Positions 32,029 through 44,563 of a DNA stretch of 64,000 bases are shown one piece after another. The stretch spans positions 620,001 to 684,000 of the forward strand of contig JANHCV010000014.1 of assembly GCA_025594325.1 (NCBI GenBank), in the 5' to 3' direction. Source of the DNA: Blastocladiella emersonii ATCC 22665 (lineage: Eukaryota; Fungi; Blastocladiomycota). The notes beneath the pieces were generated by a model. It saw only the letters and a program-made list of their open reading frames with translations. It had not been told where the DNA came from and ran no database searches. Within the stretch, counting starts at the first letter, position 1. The number at the start of each line of letters is the position of its first letter. The position numbers and the translations under genes were made by a program.

Positions 32029-34655
32029 ATGGAAGCTGATGAACTTGGCGCTTTGCGTTTCCCGGATCTTCCCGCAGAGCTTGTGACCGAGGTGCTGCTC
32101 TTAGCGGTCCCTCGCCCCGCCGTCCCCCTTGCGACATCCGGGTTTGCGCGGATTGTTACAGAGCCGAAGGTCCAGTGGATTTGGCGCTGCACGTTTGCGT
32201 TTTGCCCGCAGCTTTGCGGCTGGCACCGTGAATATGAAACTGCAGACCTCGGACTGGCTGGCCTGCCGCTCACGCGCTACCTCGTCCACCTCGGCGATAA
32301 GGAACGTATTGCGGGATCCTCTCGGTCGAGTGACAAGCTTCGCTGGCTTTCTAGTATCGACATTTTTGACGAGCCGACGCTGAACCGAGTTATTGCTTGG
32401 TTTTCGCCCCTGGCTGTTGCCCTCACGCCATTTTGCGAAATCGTCGGCGAGGAGGAAACTTGCGTGCTCACGAGCGAGGGAACTCTATTCGCCAGCACCG
32501 CAATTTTATTCAATGCCCAATTCTTTGACCTGCGACAGCTCGCCCTCTACTTCGCGGCTTGTGGTCGGATCCGCGAGCTTCGCACCATCCTCGACGAGCT
32601 TCGAGACTCGCACCTCATGTGCCACCGAATGCCGCTCACGTACTGGACCAGCATTGACGTCGAGTGGCGCCGCGAAGTCACCGAGGCAATCGAAGCTCAC
32701 GCGGAAGAGGTGGACGACGACCTCCCCGCCGACCAGTGGCCGACCTTTCTCGAGTACCTTGCGCTTTCCGCCCTCAAGTGGTGGCGACCCGAGGTGCTCA
32801 GTCTTCTCGACTCGCTCAAATACGGGATGAATTGGTCGCGTTTTGTGCGCGCCGTTTACGAGCACCATCGCCTCGAAATTGGTGCAGCTTCTTGCGATCC
32901 TTCTCTTCCAACGGACCTCGTCGTCCAGACTCTCAGCTGGTTTGCTGGAGATCGTGGCGAGCTGATTGACCGGGAGGCCTGTTCGTCCTTGGTCGCTATC
33001 TTTGCTGCAAAGTGCAACCCCGATTGCGCGCTCGAGTTGATTAAGCGCTTCGGGTCGAAACAGCTCACCTTCAACATGGACTGGCAGCTCCGAGAGGCGA
33101 TGTCCACGTCGCTCCTCGGCGGGGTGGATCTTGACGACTTGCTTGACTCGGGCAACCTCGATGGACGCGATGAACAAATCTTGCCCATTATACAGCTCGG
33201 TCTGCTCGAGACCGACCAGTGGCCTCGCTTGTTGCTTCTCCTTGTGCGCTCCAAGTCGCCGGTTCTCCACCGCGTTGCTGCCCAGGTGTACGAACGGGAT
33301 TTCGAGGCCTTTGCTGCTGGCACGTTTCGACCACAATGCTGGATGCGAGACCACTTGCGCTGACAGCATTCGCGCTCTTTCTAGCTGTAGAACACATTTT
33401 TGGAATCAACGAAGTGGGCGCCTCGAGCACACGAGGCAGCTACTTTGTACAGCACCCCGACAACATCCTGGAACGCAACGCCGATGCTATTGTCCAGGAA
33501 GTCATCACGCTGGCTGCACTCTGGATGAGACGAGGTTTCCAGGAATACGGGTTTTTTCGCCTTTACTCGCTGAAAACCCTTGCTCGGCTGGGCCTGCTCA
33601 ACGATGTGATCGCTTTTCTCAACCACCACCTCGGGCCTTTCTTCGTTTTCAAGGACTACGACAACGCGCTGCTCAAGGTGACCGAGAACATCAGCTTCGA
33701 CTTTGGCCCCAATCGCGAGATGACCCTTGTCGAGGCCCGGAACCGTGGCATTCCGTTCAACTCGGAGCTCGCAGCTACTTACGGCAAGCTTCTCGTCTCT
33801 CTGCTATGCGACCCGCAAACGGCGGGGGAAACGCTCGCTCTACTTAGCAAGAAGCGCCCGTTCCGCGCAGCACTTAACGTGCATTGGTACTTCCACACAC
33901 TTCTCCTTCCCGAGGTGCGGCGCGGCTCGCAGCCAATTTCTCGCGGTGTTTTGGGCGCCGAAGCGTTCATCGAGCAGTTGCCCCTCGCTTGCCTTTCACA
34001 CGACGATTTGCCCAACTTGTCGCTGATTCCGTCCGCGGCCGGTTACTGGGGCGAGTGCGACAAGGAGGAGTTTCACCTCTTCCGGCCCTTGCCGCAGCGT
34101 AAGCGACCCGCCCTCACCGTGTCCCCGCCGCCCGCCGATCTCCCTGATCTTAAGTGGGCGCCTTGGCAGTACGCCGTTCACGCCGCGCTGACCAAGATTC
34201 CAGATTTTGAGCTTTGTGCCGAGACTATCCCCGAGGAGGTCCGCGCGTCCTTGTTCTCTCACGATGCACTCGAGCGCCTCGACGACATGCGCCGCGACGA
34301 GGCTGCCCACGGCGTCGCTGGGGAGTGCACCGAGACGGCGTGGATCATCGAGCAACTGCTTCGCGCGGCGCCCGAGGTCCTCATCAACGACTTCATGCGG
34401 GTCAGCGTGACGAGTCCCGCGTGCGTCTGGCGCATGCTTCCGCGCGGCGCCCTTGATGGCCATAGGTCTGCGAAATGGTTGCTCGCCGCGGTGTGTGTTA
34501 TCTTCGACCGCTATCGTGGCATGCAAAATATGCTGTCCGAGTCGCTGACAACTCTCTTTGCGGCTGCAACGGAGACCGCCAGGTCGGCCGAGTTTCGCGC
34601 CATGTTCCGCGCGGAATGCGAGCGCCGTTCCTATGACGCTTCGCAAAGCTTGTAA
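32029..34655 (+). CDS. Large F-box-like family A copy 2 (intact, ~850 aa); GC-AG intron 33320-33384
   Basis: 'FPDLPAELVTEVLLLA' F-box-like start; ORFs 31906-33363 and 33219-34655 join in frame by G|GCACGT...GCTGAC...TAG|CT; ATG context CTAACACC shared with copy 3. Confidence 0.75.
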
Positions 34656-34852
34656 TTGTTTCCGTATCAAGAACTCGATAATTCGTTTGCATGAATAAAT
34701 CTACTTTAGGCAAATTCTGCGTGATGCCGAGCGCGTTGCGCCACACGAGAGGCTTGACAGGCTGATCGCGTGACCGTCGGAGAGCGGAGTCAACCAGCAA
34801 GTGCCGCGCGTCGCTCGCATCCCCGCTCCCCAGCACCAACGTATCTAACACC

Positions 34853-37474
34853 ATGGAAGCCAATGAACTGCATGCAAAATGCATGGCGCGCTTCGCCGAC
34901 CTACCTGCCGAAATTGTGGGCATGGTTCTCCAACTTGCCACTCCGCGGCCTGCCGTCCCGCTCGCGACGTCTGGGTTTGCGACGCTTGCAGCAGAACCGA
35001 TGATTCAGTGGATTTGGCTATTCGCCTTTGTCTTTGGTCCAGAGCGGCGTGGATGGTGCAACGCCAATCACATGTTTCACTGGGGCTACTACCGAGGCCC
35101 CAACGACGCTGAACCGTTCAAGTACTACATTCAGCAACTTTCCAGCCATGCGCAGTTCTCGTCTACCATACGCGCCACAGGCGAAAATCTTTGGATTCCG
35201 ACTGTGGACGTGTTCAATGATGCGACGCTTCCACTATTCGCTGCCCGCTTCGCGTCCGAGTTATCCGAGCCCAGCTTCTGCCCCTTGTCTGACGAAGACG
35301 AAACTGTCGATCTCAATCGGCGCGTCTGCCGCCAATTCAATGGGTCGTCTCCCTTCCACTTCTTTGCACTCCAGCCGCTTGCCGTGATGCTTGCAGCCCA
35401 GGGCCGCGTCAACCAGCTTCCTGTCGTCCTTGATGCGATGAAGCCGATGCATTTCTCTTGCTTTCGTACGCGCCTCATGTTTTGGGAGGGTAAAGTCAAG
35501 GATTGGAGGCCCATCGTTTTCATGGAGCTCAAGCGTCACGTCGAGGCCATGGATTGAGTGCATGGAATCACTTTGACACCTATCCCAACATGGTTGAGTA
35601 TCTCGCGCTCACAGCTTTGAAGTGGTGGCGGCCCGAGGTGCTCGCTGTCCTTGCCTTGCCGGACTACGGTCTCAAGAAGGTGCGCTTTCTTCGAAGCTTT
35701 TATCACTATGGTTACATGAAGTTCGCTGTGGCTGCCTTTGACCTTACTCTTCCAACCGAGCTTGTCATTGATACCCTGACTTGTTTCGCTGGCGAGGATG
35801 GAAAGCTTGTTGACCGTGATCAGTGCCCCTCTGTCGCACGACTATTCGCTCGCAAGTGCGGCCCTGAGTGTCTCCTTGAAATGATGCGCCGACTCGACAC
35901 TGCTTCGCGTCTCCAGAACCTAGATGGAAGGATCAGGTATAGGTTGGTCGAGGCAGCTTTTGGCGACGTCAGTATCGACACGCTGCTCTTTGATGGCGAC
36001 TTGGGCGAGCACAAGGAGCGAGCCCTTGAGGTTGCAGACCTGGGCATCCTTGACCACATCCAGCTGTACGATATTCTCTTTGTCCTCATCGACTGCGAAT
36101 CGAGCAACTTGGACCGATACGTTGCTGAACTGTACTCGGTGTACAACTGGCATATTTTCCGCGATGGTACGTCCCTGCAAAAGAAACATAAGTTGTCTGT
36201 TCAGACCCGTCGTTCACCGTCGCTCCCGCGCAGCCGTGTACTTCTTGGTCAAGATCGACGATTCGGGACTACCGCATGGTATCTTTGGAGATCCTTCAGG
36301 AGCGGACGTCAGCATCAGCAAAGTCATCCCGAGGATCACGTCAACTCTTCGACTCGCAATGCAGCACGGTATGCACGAGTGGGACGTGGTCGACCGCGCC
36401 GCGCTCGCCGCGCTTGCCCATCATGGAGCTCTCAATGACGTGATTGCCGCCTTCAGCAGCTATCGTGGGCCGATCAGTGCCTTTGTGCACTACGACCAAA
36501 CCCTGAACAAATTCCGTCGTCGCTTGTATTTCATGTTCAAGACTGAGACTGAGGCCTCCGCCATTGCAGCGTATGACACTAAGTCTACGAATCTTCTCGC
36601 CGCAACGTACGGCCGCCTGCTTATCGCGCTCTTGTGCGATCCGGCGACCGCCCCTGAGATCACCTCGTACTTTGGCCAGCTTGACCCACGTTACGGTCAG
36701 CTGCGCGCTATCGACCACTTGAACAGGCTGCTTACGGCCGAAGTCCGATCCGATTTGCGCTGGGCAACTGGCGGTACCCTGCACGCCCAGGCGTTTGTGG
36801 ACTCGCTTCCGCTGGTCTACTTTTCTTCCGCTGAATTGCGTGCCCTTGCGCCGACACGGTCCAATTCGGGCAAACTTACCTGCGGCCGACTCGATCTAAC
36901 GAGCGCGAAACCCGATTCGCGTACCGGCTCAACCGCGGACTCGAAGGAGCTCCCCATCGCGTCTTGGACACCGTGGCAGTATGCGGTCCACTGCATGCTC
37001 ACCAAAATTCCTAATTTTGAGCTCACAGCGAAGATCCTCTCCAAGGAAGTCCGCAACACGCTCTTTTCGCGCGAGGCACTGAGTCGCGCGAGTTTCTTGC
37101 TACGCGGCGAAGCGTCAAGGGGCGTGCCTGGGCCAGGCACCGAGGCGGCGTGGATCATCGAGCAGCTGTATCGCGCGGCGCTCGAGGTCCTCGTCAACGA
37201 TCTCATCCAGGTGAGCGTGACGAGCCCGGCTTTCCTTTGGCGTATGCTCCAGTGCGGCGCACTCGATGGCTTGCGGTCGCCCCAATGGTTGCTCGCCGCT
37301 GCGTGCGTGGTCCTTGACCAGCACTCCGACAAAGGTGCGGTGTTACGACGAACGTTGTCCGCCCTCTTCCTGGCAGCAGTTGTCACGGCACGATCGGATG
37401 AATTCCGCGTCATATTCGCGGCCGAGTGCGAGCATCGAAGTATCGACGCGTCGCAGTGTTTGCCTGTCAATTAA
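34853..37474 (+). pseudogene. Large F-box-like family A copy 3; intron 36167-36233; 1-nt deletion frameshift at ~35552
   Basis: 'FADLPAEIVGMVLQLA'; ATGGAT|TGAGT restores 'MDLSAWNHF...VEYLALTALKWWRPEVL' with one added T; collinear with copy 2. Confidence 0.75.
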
Positions 37475-37681
37475 GAAGGCGCAGTCACGTCCGTTTATGA
37501 TAAATAACCCGTTTGTGCTCGATCAGGCAGATCACTGGACGCGCTGCGCCACACTAGAAAAGTGGCAGCCCCGTCGCGTGACCCGCGCTCCAGGGTCAAG
37601 GTCGTCGATCCGCGCCACCCTCGCGTTCTCCCGCGAATCATTCCCTCCTCTCAGCGCACACGCGTTGAAGCGCTAATAAAC

Positions 37682-39248
37682 ATGGAACTTCATGCAATGG
37701 ACACGCCGGCAAGCTCACAGCGTCTGCCCGACCTTGTCGTCGAGCGAATCTTGCTTCATGCTATCGCGCTTCACGCGGGCGACACCGAAATTGACCTGGA
37801 TGGCCTTATACATTATGCGCGGGCAATGCAAGAGTCGCGCATCTCCCGGGTCCATCGCGCGATTCTGCGAGCCATGAATATCACTATGGTAACCGCTACG
37901 TTGCGTGGTCAGCTGGCCCTGCTTGACAAATGGGTGCGGCTGGGATTACCAATCGACCACTCTGGCGGAAGCCTTATCAGTGCTTATTACAGTCGGGATC
38001 TTGTATCTGTCGAGTGGTGGCGAAACTCGGGGCTCGACTCCATGCGCGACTACCGCGGCAAGGCTCCAAGCAAGACGCTGACCGTCGCGCTTGGACTTGG
38101 GGTGCCCGTGGTCAATCAACGCGGAGAGTGGATGGTACGTTACCAACTTTTAGCTTCCCTGTTCACTGAGCGCTTATTCAAAGGACAACTAGTGCTGCAC
38201 AAACCCGCCAGTCGAGGATGCAGAAATTCTGGCCGCGGGGCCAGGCATCGCCGCGGGCACCACCACCAAGCTCGTTCTCGATTGCGCTCTCGTTTCAATT
38301 GGCGGAATTCGCCAGCTCAATGGCGCACTTGCCCACCTAACCCAGGCACTCACAACACTTGCTTTCCGCTCCTCGACTATCGATTTCCCTCGGCTGCTCG
38401 CGTTACGCCTTCCCTTCACGCTTACAACTCTGGAATTGAGCGACGCTTGGCTACCCGACACCGAGGCGGGTTCAGTGCTCCGCGAGTGGTCGTGGCCGAC
38501 ACACCTCGAGTCGCTTGTGCTCTCGGGTAACCCTATGGCCACGAGCGTGCCTCTCTTTTTGCAAGGGCTGCCTCATACACTTACGTCGCTCGAACTTTCT
38601 CGATGCAATCTCCAAGATGAATCTTTACATGAAGCAGTCGAGCTGCTTCCGCAGACGCTTCAGACTCTTCAGTTGAGCTCGAATTTGCTCACTGTTGAAG
38701 GGCTGCACAATGTGGCCCCATTCCTTCCGAGCTCGCTCCTACGCCTCGACCTCGCTGCAAACCCGCTGCACAACCTCGTCAACGTCTCGCAATTCTTCAA
38801 GGCGACATGTGCTCTTCCGAGCAGCCTCGAGGAGCTGAATCTCAGCGGCGAGCGCTCGCTTCCGCAAGAAATCTTTGTCGTCGTCATCAGTCTGCTGCCT
38901 CGATCGCTTCAGTCACTCAATCTGACGGGCCGAGACCTCACGACGGGTAACGTTTTGACAATCCAAACGTTTCGACCGCTCTTGAGCCTCCGCTCGCTAC
39001 GCGTCTCGTGCACGAATCTTAATACCACCGCGCTCATGGTCCTCTATGCCGCGCTCCCTAGAACGCTCACTGAGCTTCAACTTTTCTCGAGTCATTTGAT
39101 GACGGACACGGCTACGGACACGCTAGTTGCATATGTTCCACGAGGACTTCAAAAGCTCGTCATAACCGGGTGCAGCGAGCAGGTGGCCAACCGTCTTCGC
39201 ATGATGGCACCTCTCTCGTGGTCAGTTGACATAACGACGGGGAGCTGA
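37682..39248 (+). CDS. F-box-like / degenerate ankyrin-like / RNI-type LRR protein B1 (~502 aa); intron 38135-38192
   Basis: 'LPDLVVERILLHA', 'LLDKWVRLGLPIDHS...VEWWRNSG', LRRs 'LPHTLTSLELSRCNL', 'LPQTLQTLQLSSNLL'; phase-0 splice restores frame. Confidence 0.8.
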
Positions 39249-39566
39249 TGACCTGCGCTACATAAATAACAGTGACTCGGCCGACCGCATGCTGTTGTAA
39301 AGAGCGGACCGCTCTCAACTTCGGGCTGGGCACGTGTGTATGCATGAATTATTTGATTACGCTTCTCCTCCCACATTTGACTTGCAATTTGAGCTCACGT
39401 TCCAAACCTACGTCAAGCCCGTGCCGCCGAAACGGACGAGAGACGCGTTGCGCCACATCACGCGATCGACCTGCCACTCGGTTCACCCGCCCTCGCTTCG
39501 AGACGAAGCCCGCGCGGCGAGCGCAGCCCTTCTCCCCCATCCTCATGCATCTTGACGTTGAAAAAC

Positions 39567-41146
39567 ATGGAACCAAATGCAACGGAGGCCTTGACACCGA
39601 CACTGCACGTTACCGAGCTCGTCGAGCACGCCTTGGTCTTCGCAGTTGCGCTGCACGACGACTCGAACGATCGCGCTGGCCTGACGCACTACACTCGCGT
39701 CATGGCCGAACGCCAAATCCCTCGTGTTCACCGAGCAGTACTGAAACGGTTGGGCATTACTATGGCCAGCGCGTCCGCCGAGGGAAACACGCTGCTGCTT
39801 GATAAATGGGTCCGGCTCGGGCTCCCGATCGATTATTCGGGACGGGGCCCCGACAATGCCTTCATGAGTACTCGGCTGAATGTCGTGGAGTGGTGGCGAA
39901 ACTCGGGCATCGACGCAATGCGAGATTACGATGCACGAAACTTCGTTGGGGACTATCCAGAGGCGATGCTGACCGCTGCCCTTGGCCTTGGAGAGCCGGA
40001 AACTGCTGCTGACGGAACCTGGACCGTACGTTTGCGCGCTTGGCACGTTCCAAATACCCCAGAGCTGACGCGAAATCCTAGGGACGATACATCAACCCGT
40101 CCGTCGAGGACAACGATATACGGGCTGACGTTGCAGACATTTCTACGGGAAGGACCTCGGAGTTTTACCTTGATTCCCAACTTGTCTCTCATTCGGGGAT
40201 CCAGCTGCTCAACAAAGCCCTGTCGAGTCCGTTTCAGACGCTCACCGAATTCTCTCTCTTGGCTTCGACCATCGACCTTGCTCGATTCCGTGCGCTCCAG
40301 CTTCCCGCCACGCTCAAGTATCTCAAGCTGGACGAACTCTGGTTTTACATTCGCGGAGTGCCCGACGATCTGCTGACGTACCAGTGGCCGCCGCGCCTCG
40401 AAACCTTGATCCTCTCAAATCTCATGATCGAGTCGAACATCGCGCCCTTTCTCCGCCACCTTCCATCGACCCTCAAGAATCTCAGCGTTTACGCGTGCTT
40501 GCTTGATGACGAGGGTTTGCTTGCAGCAGTTCCGTTGATGCCACCAACGCTCGAGACGCTCAAGATTGGCATGGGCCGCTACAAAATCGAAACACTGGTT
40601 GCAGTCGCGCCGCTTCTCTCGCCCGCGCTTCGTCTTCTCGACGTAGAAATGACCACGCTCGATGATCCTAACGGAGTGACGTGGCCGCACCCAGCGGTGA
40701 CCCCGTTCCCGAATAGCCTTACGGACTTGGTCTTGTCATGCCCGTATCAGAACCAACCCGAGCTCGTGCCCGTGCTTTCGATGCTCTTCCCCAGCTCTCT
40801 TGTATCACTCAACCTGGAAGGCCGGCATCTGACCGCCGACACCGTTTCCGAATTTGCTGCGCGGATGCCCCCTGCGCTCCGGTCGTTGCGCGTGTCATGC
40901 GGCGAGCTCGATGACGATGAAGACTACCAGATCCTCGCAGCAGCGCTCCCGTCTAGTTTGGTGAGCCTTCACATGTTCTCGTGCGTCAACTTATTGCGAA
41001 AGAGTACGCGATACTTGGTCTCGTGCCTTCCAGCGGGACTCGACGCGTTTACTGTCACTGAATGTACCCCATCGATCGCTTCGCTACTGCGTCGGCTCGT
41101 GCCCTCATCAGTGAACACAATCAGCATTTCGCCCGCGGACGAGTGA
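39567..41146 (+). CDS. Ankyrin-like + LRR protein B2; intron 40026-40081
   Basis: Collinear paralogue of B1 ('ASAEGNTLLLDKWVRLGLPIDYS...VVEWWRNSG'; LRRs 'LPSTLKNLSVYACLL'); intron at the same position and phase. Confidence 0.8.
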
Positions 41147-41259
41147 CGGTTTGTGTTGCAATACATTCCCATCCTTCGCTCGATCTCGCGCGCTGTTTCC
41201 ATATCCCCTCAAGCTCGACCAGGAACTCGTCCTTGAGGCAGCACCGGTTCGCGGCTCGA

Positions 41260-41285
41260 GACGCGTTGCGCCACATCACGCGATC
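41260..41285 (+). promoter_or_regulatory. GACGCGTTGCGCCACATCACGCGATC, identical to the block at 39442-39467
   Basis: 29-nt exact match to the B2 promoter. Confidence 0.65.
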
Positions 41286-41328
41286 GCGCTGTCACAGCGG
41301 ATTCAAGCCGCGGTCAGGTCACTGCGCG

Positions 41329-42009
41329 ATGAAGCGACATGAGCGGTCATGCTGCTCCGCGGCTGTGCCAATCCCGCGTCTGATTCGCTGCTTCGCGAGG
41401 CTCGCAACCGCTGCCGCGCGCCTGTTGCAGCTCGACAACGCCACATGCCCTGCGCCCGTTGCTGTTACCGCGAGTCTCCGCGTCCCGCTCACGGCGCCTT
41501 TCGTGCTACTCTGTTCCTCAGCTGCGTCCTCTGCACCCTCAGTCGACACGCGGATCGTGCGCGTCGCTGCGCCCGGGCCCGGCTCGGCCATCTCACACAT
41601 CGCGCTGCAAGCCGTGAGCTGCGACCACGCCGTCCGCGAGACGCTTGACACGCTCACCGGGCAGCCGCGAAACCGCGACCTCGCGGTCCTCGACAGGTCC
41701 GAAATTACGGCCAGCGACCGCGACGGCCGCCTCGCCCCACCGTCCGAGCTGCACCTTGCGCGGCTGGTCGCCGAGCGCGCCCCGACCCAGACCCCGATCT
41801 TCCAGAACCGCGCCGCACGTGGTGCCACTGCGTGGATCGGGATCTTCGCGCTCGGCGGGCGGCGAGTGGCGGCTCATCGCTGCACCGGCGACAAGTCGCG
41901 GACCGGCTGCTGCGGACGTCTCGTGCAGCTGGTGGAGGGGATCGCGGCGCGCATGGCGGGACAGGGCGGGGTTGTCGGTCGCACCGCGCTTTCGGCGGGA
42001 CGCGAGTGA
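41329..42009 (+). CDS. Hypothetical protein or decayed gene (226 aa)
   Basis: Open frame with G/C-ending codons in its 3' two-thirds, about 45 nt downstream of the accessory promoter motif; no family recognised. Confidence 0.25.
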   Translation: MKRHERSCCSAAVPIPRLIRCFARLATAAARLLQLDNATCPAPVAVTASLRVPLTAPFVLLCSSAASSAPSVDTRIVRVAAPGPGSAISHIALQAVSCDHAVRETLDTLTGQPRNRDLAVLDRSEITASDRDGRLAPPSELHLARLVAERAPTQTPIFQNRAARGATAWIGIFALGGRRVAAHRCTGDKSRTGCCGRLVQLVEGIAARMAGQGGVVGRTALSAGRE

Positions 42010-42154
42010 ATATCACAGCGGCGATGCACGCGCCGCTCATGACCTCGGCGGGACCGAAGCTCGATTTGGTCTACCGCGGGATACCGCGATCACGCACGTC
42101 GTCACTCCCAGTCGTTTCGCATCGTACGAACTCGGGCAGCTATATTGACCGAGT

Positions 42155-42613
42155 TCACCAGCGCACAATCTCCTTGGGCTTCTGCTTGGGCGTTGGGTCG
42201 AGCGGCGTCGACTGGGCGCGGAGCAGGTCCTCGAGCTCGCCGGGCGACGGCGGGACGAAGGTGTCGGGCGGCTTCTGGACGGGGACCATGTCCCAGTCGT
42301 CGAGCGCGTCGGGGCTCGAGCCCGAGTGCAGGCGCTACACTCACGGCAGCGGTCAGCCTCTACTCGCAACCAACTCGCAAAGAAACTCGAGACAGCGTAC
42401 AAAGTACTCTTCGCGAATATCAAAACTCTTGCGCTTCTTCCCGTCAAGCGCGAGCCGCTGCTCCTGCGACAGCTTCTGGACGCGCGACGAGTTGTACTCG
42501 ACCTTGGTCTCGGTCAGGTGGGCGAGCGCGAACGAGCCGCCGACCAGGATGCCGATGAGCGGGAGCCCGAACAGGAGGAACGGCCGTTGCCGCACGTTCT
42601 TGGACAGGCCCAT
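42155..42613 (-). CDS. COX16: Cytochrome c oxidase assembly factor Cox16; intron 42400-42335
   Basis: 'PFLLFGLPLIGILVGGSFALAHLTETKVEY...FDIREEYF|RL...LDDWDMVPVQKP'; alternative upstream ATG at 42667. Confidence 0.85.
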
Positions 42614-42872
42614 GTTCGCGCCGCCGCCGCCGATGGTGCGCCGCGCGCGCGGGAGAGAGTCGGACATGGTTTGCAAGAAGACGTTGCAGGGAGTTACGTG
42701 GTCGTCAGATACATGGGGCCCGCGGTGGGGTGGGGTGAGGGGAGCGGCGGCCGCGGCGGTGGGGCGCAGCGTGTTTGACTCGCGGCGCTCTCGCTTCCCC
42801 GAAGCCTCACCGTGACGACGACCGAGAGGTATCGAGTAAAAGTCGTATATGTGTACAGGTAGAGGTTTAGAT

Positions 42873-43709
42873 TTACATGACAAAGGCGTCCTTGAGCGAC
42901 TCGTCGAGGGCGGACTTGAGCTCCTTGATGCCCTGCGACGACTTGCCCTTGACGCGGTCGCCGTGGCCGCCGTAGTTCTTGGACGCGGCGCGCAGGTTCT
43001 TGAGGAACTGCGGGACGCCCTGCTTGACGGCCCAGTTGACGACGGCCGACGGGATCGAGCCCTTGGGGTCGTCAAAGTAGTGCACGTAGACGGCCGTCGA
43101 GTTGTCAGGGTCGGCGCCGGGGCAGAAGACGACAGCCTGGTGGTACTCGGTGACGCGGATCACGCCCGACGCCGGCGCCACGGCCGCGTCGCCGTCCGGG
43201 TCCGACGCCAGCACCACGACGTAGCACGTCTGCCCGTGCGAGTTGTGCATCTCGCGCGCGTCGCGCACAAACACGTAGTCGCGGTCCGACATGAGCGGCA
43301 CCGGGTACTTGACGCGCCAGTACACGCGCTCCTCGTGCTCCATGTCGGCCGTGTCGGCCTTGGCGTACCGCGCCACGTCGTCGTCCTCGTCGCTGCTCTC
43401 GCCGCCCGTCCCAGCCCCCGCGTCGGCGCCCGGCTGCAGCAGCACGCGCAGGTGCTCCTTCTTGATGTTGTCCCACTTGCGCCGGTAGTCGAGGTCCATG
43501 TACACCTGGAACGCGGTGGTCGCGTTGAGGCCGTCGAGCTCGCCCACGGCCTTGTACTCGAACAGGTCGGCGTTGGCCGCGCCTGCCTTGGGCCGCCGGT
43601 GGATCGCGATCCCGTCCACCTTGCCCACCGACTCCCACCCCTCGAGGTCGGGCGACTCGAAGTCGTTGAGGATCCGGTCGAACTCGTTGGTCGGCATGTC
43701 CTGGACCAT
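42873..43709 (-). CDS. START-domain lipid transfer protein (PCTP/StARD2-like); intronless
   Basis: 'YMDLDYRRKWD', 'YWRVKYPVPLMSDRDYVFVR', 'YFDDPKGSIPSAVVNWA'. Confidence 0.9.
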   Translation of the reverse strand: MVQDMPTNEFDRILNDFESPDLEGWESVGKVDGIAIHRRPKAGAANADLFEYKAVGELDGLNATTAFQVYMDLDYRRKWDNIKKEHLRVLLQPGADAGAGTGGESSDEDDDVARYAKADTADMEHEERVYWRVKYPVPLMSDRDYVFVRDAREMHNSHGQTCYVVVLASDPDGDAAVAPASGVIRVTEYHQAVVFCPGADPDNSTAVYVHYFDDPKGSIPSAVVNWAVKQGVPQFLKNLRAASKNYGGHGDRVKGKSSQGIKELKSALDESLKDAFVM

Positions 43710-44563
43710 GGCGGTGGCGATGATGCGTCAAGCGAGTGCGTGGTGTTGATGGCGTAGCAAGATCGCGGGGCAGCGTACGGGAGAGAAGGGGTTGCACCGA
43801 GTGCAGAGGCTTTATACGGGCGGCCGCGGGAGTAGGGGGAGGGGAGGGGAGGGTTCCTTGGTCGGGGGCTCGCTCGCGGCGCGGTGGCGCAACGCCCGGC
43901 CCGGCACGTCGGACTCGGCGCCGCACTCGCCGCACACGGCCCCACGCTGACCGCTGGGTCCTCTGCGCCCACACGATCACATCACTCGCGCCAACAGCCG
44001 ATCCGATGACGCCGAGCATGAAAATATGAAGGAGAGCAGGGTGACATCACCTCCGCCGCCGTTGACGAGACGACCCCCGATCACGGTCGCTTCGACGCGG
44101 CAGGCTCCGGACGAGCTCTAGAGCGCGACGGAGTGCCGTGCCTGACTCGCAAGAGCTGCCGAGCGAGCAGCAGCGCGGCAGACTGCGAGACACCAAGTGC
44201 GGCTGCCGCTCCCAGACGCCAGCCCTGGGGCTCGAGTCGACGAGCCCCACGCGATGACGAGTGCCCGCTCCAAGGTCTCTCATCTTGCAGGAAGATCGAT
44301 CCGACCGATCCCGCTGCAGGTCCAGATCGGGCTCTGGGCGCTTAACCGCCGCAGCGCAGGCCGCGGCGTTCGCGGTGCGAGACGTTGTGGCGTCGCGGTC
44401 ACATGATATCGAAACGCGTCTCGCACCGCCGCGACCTCGGCGCGAGTGAAGCTCACCTCGCTTCTCAACCGATGCGAATGATCACAAGCATTGGGAGGAC
44501 ACTCAAATGAAAGAACCAGAACGAAATATTGAACAAAACAAGCAAAATGTCAAACGAACGCCG

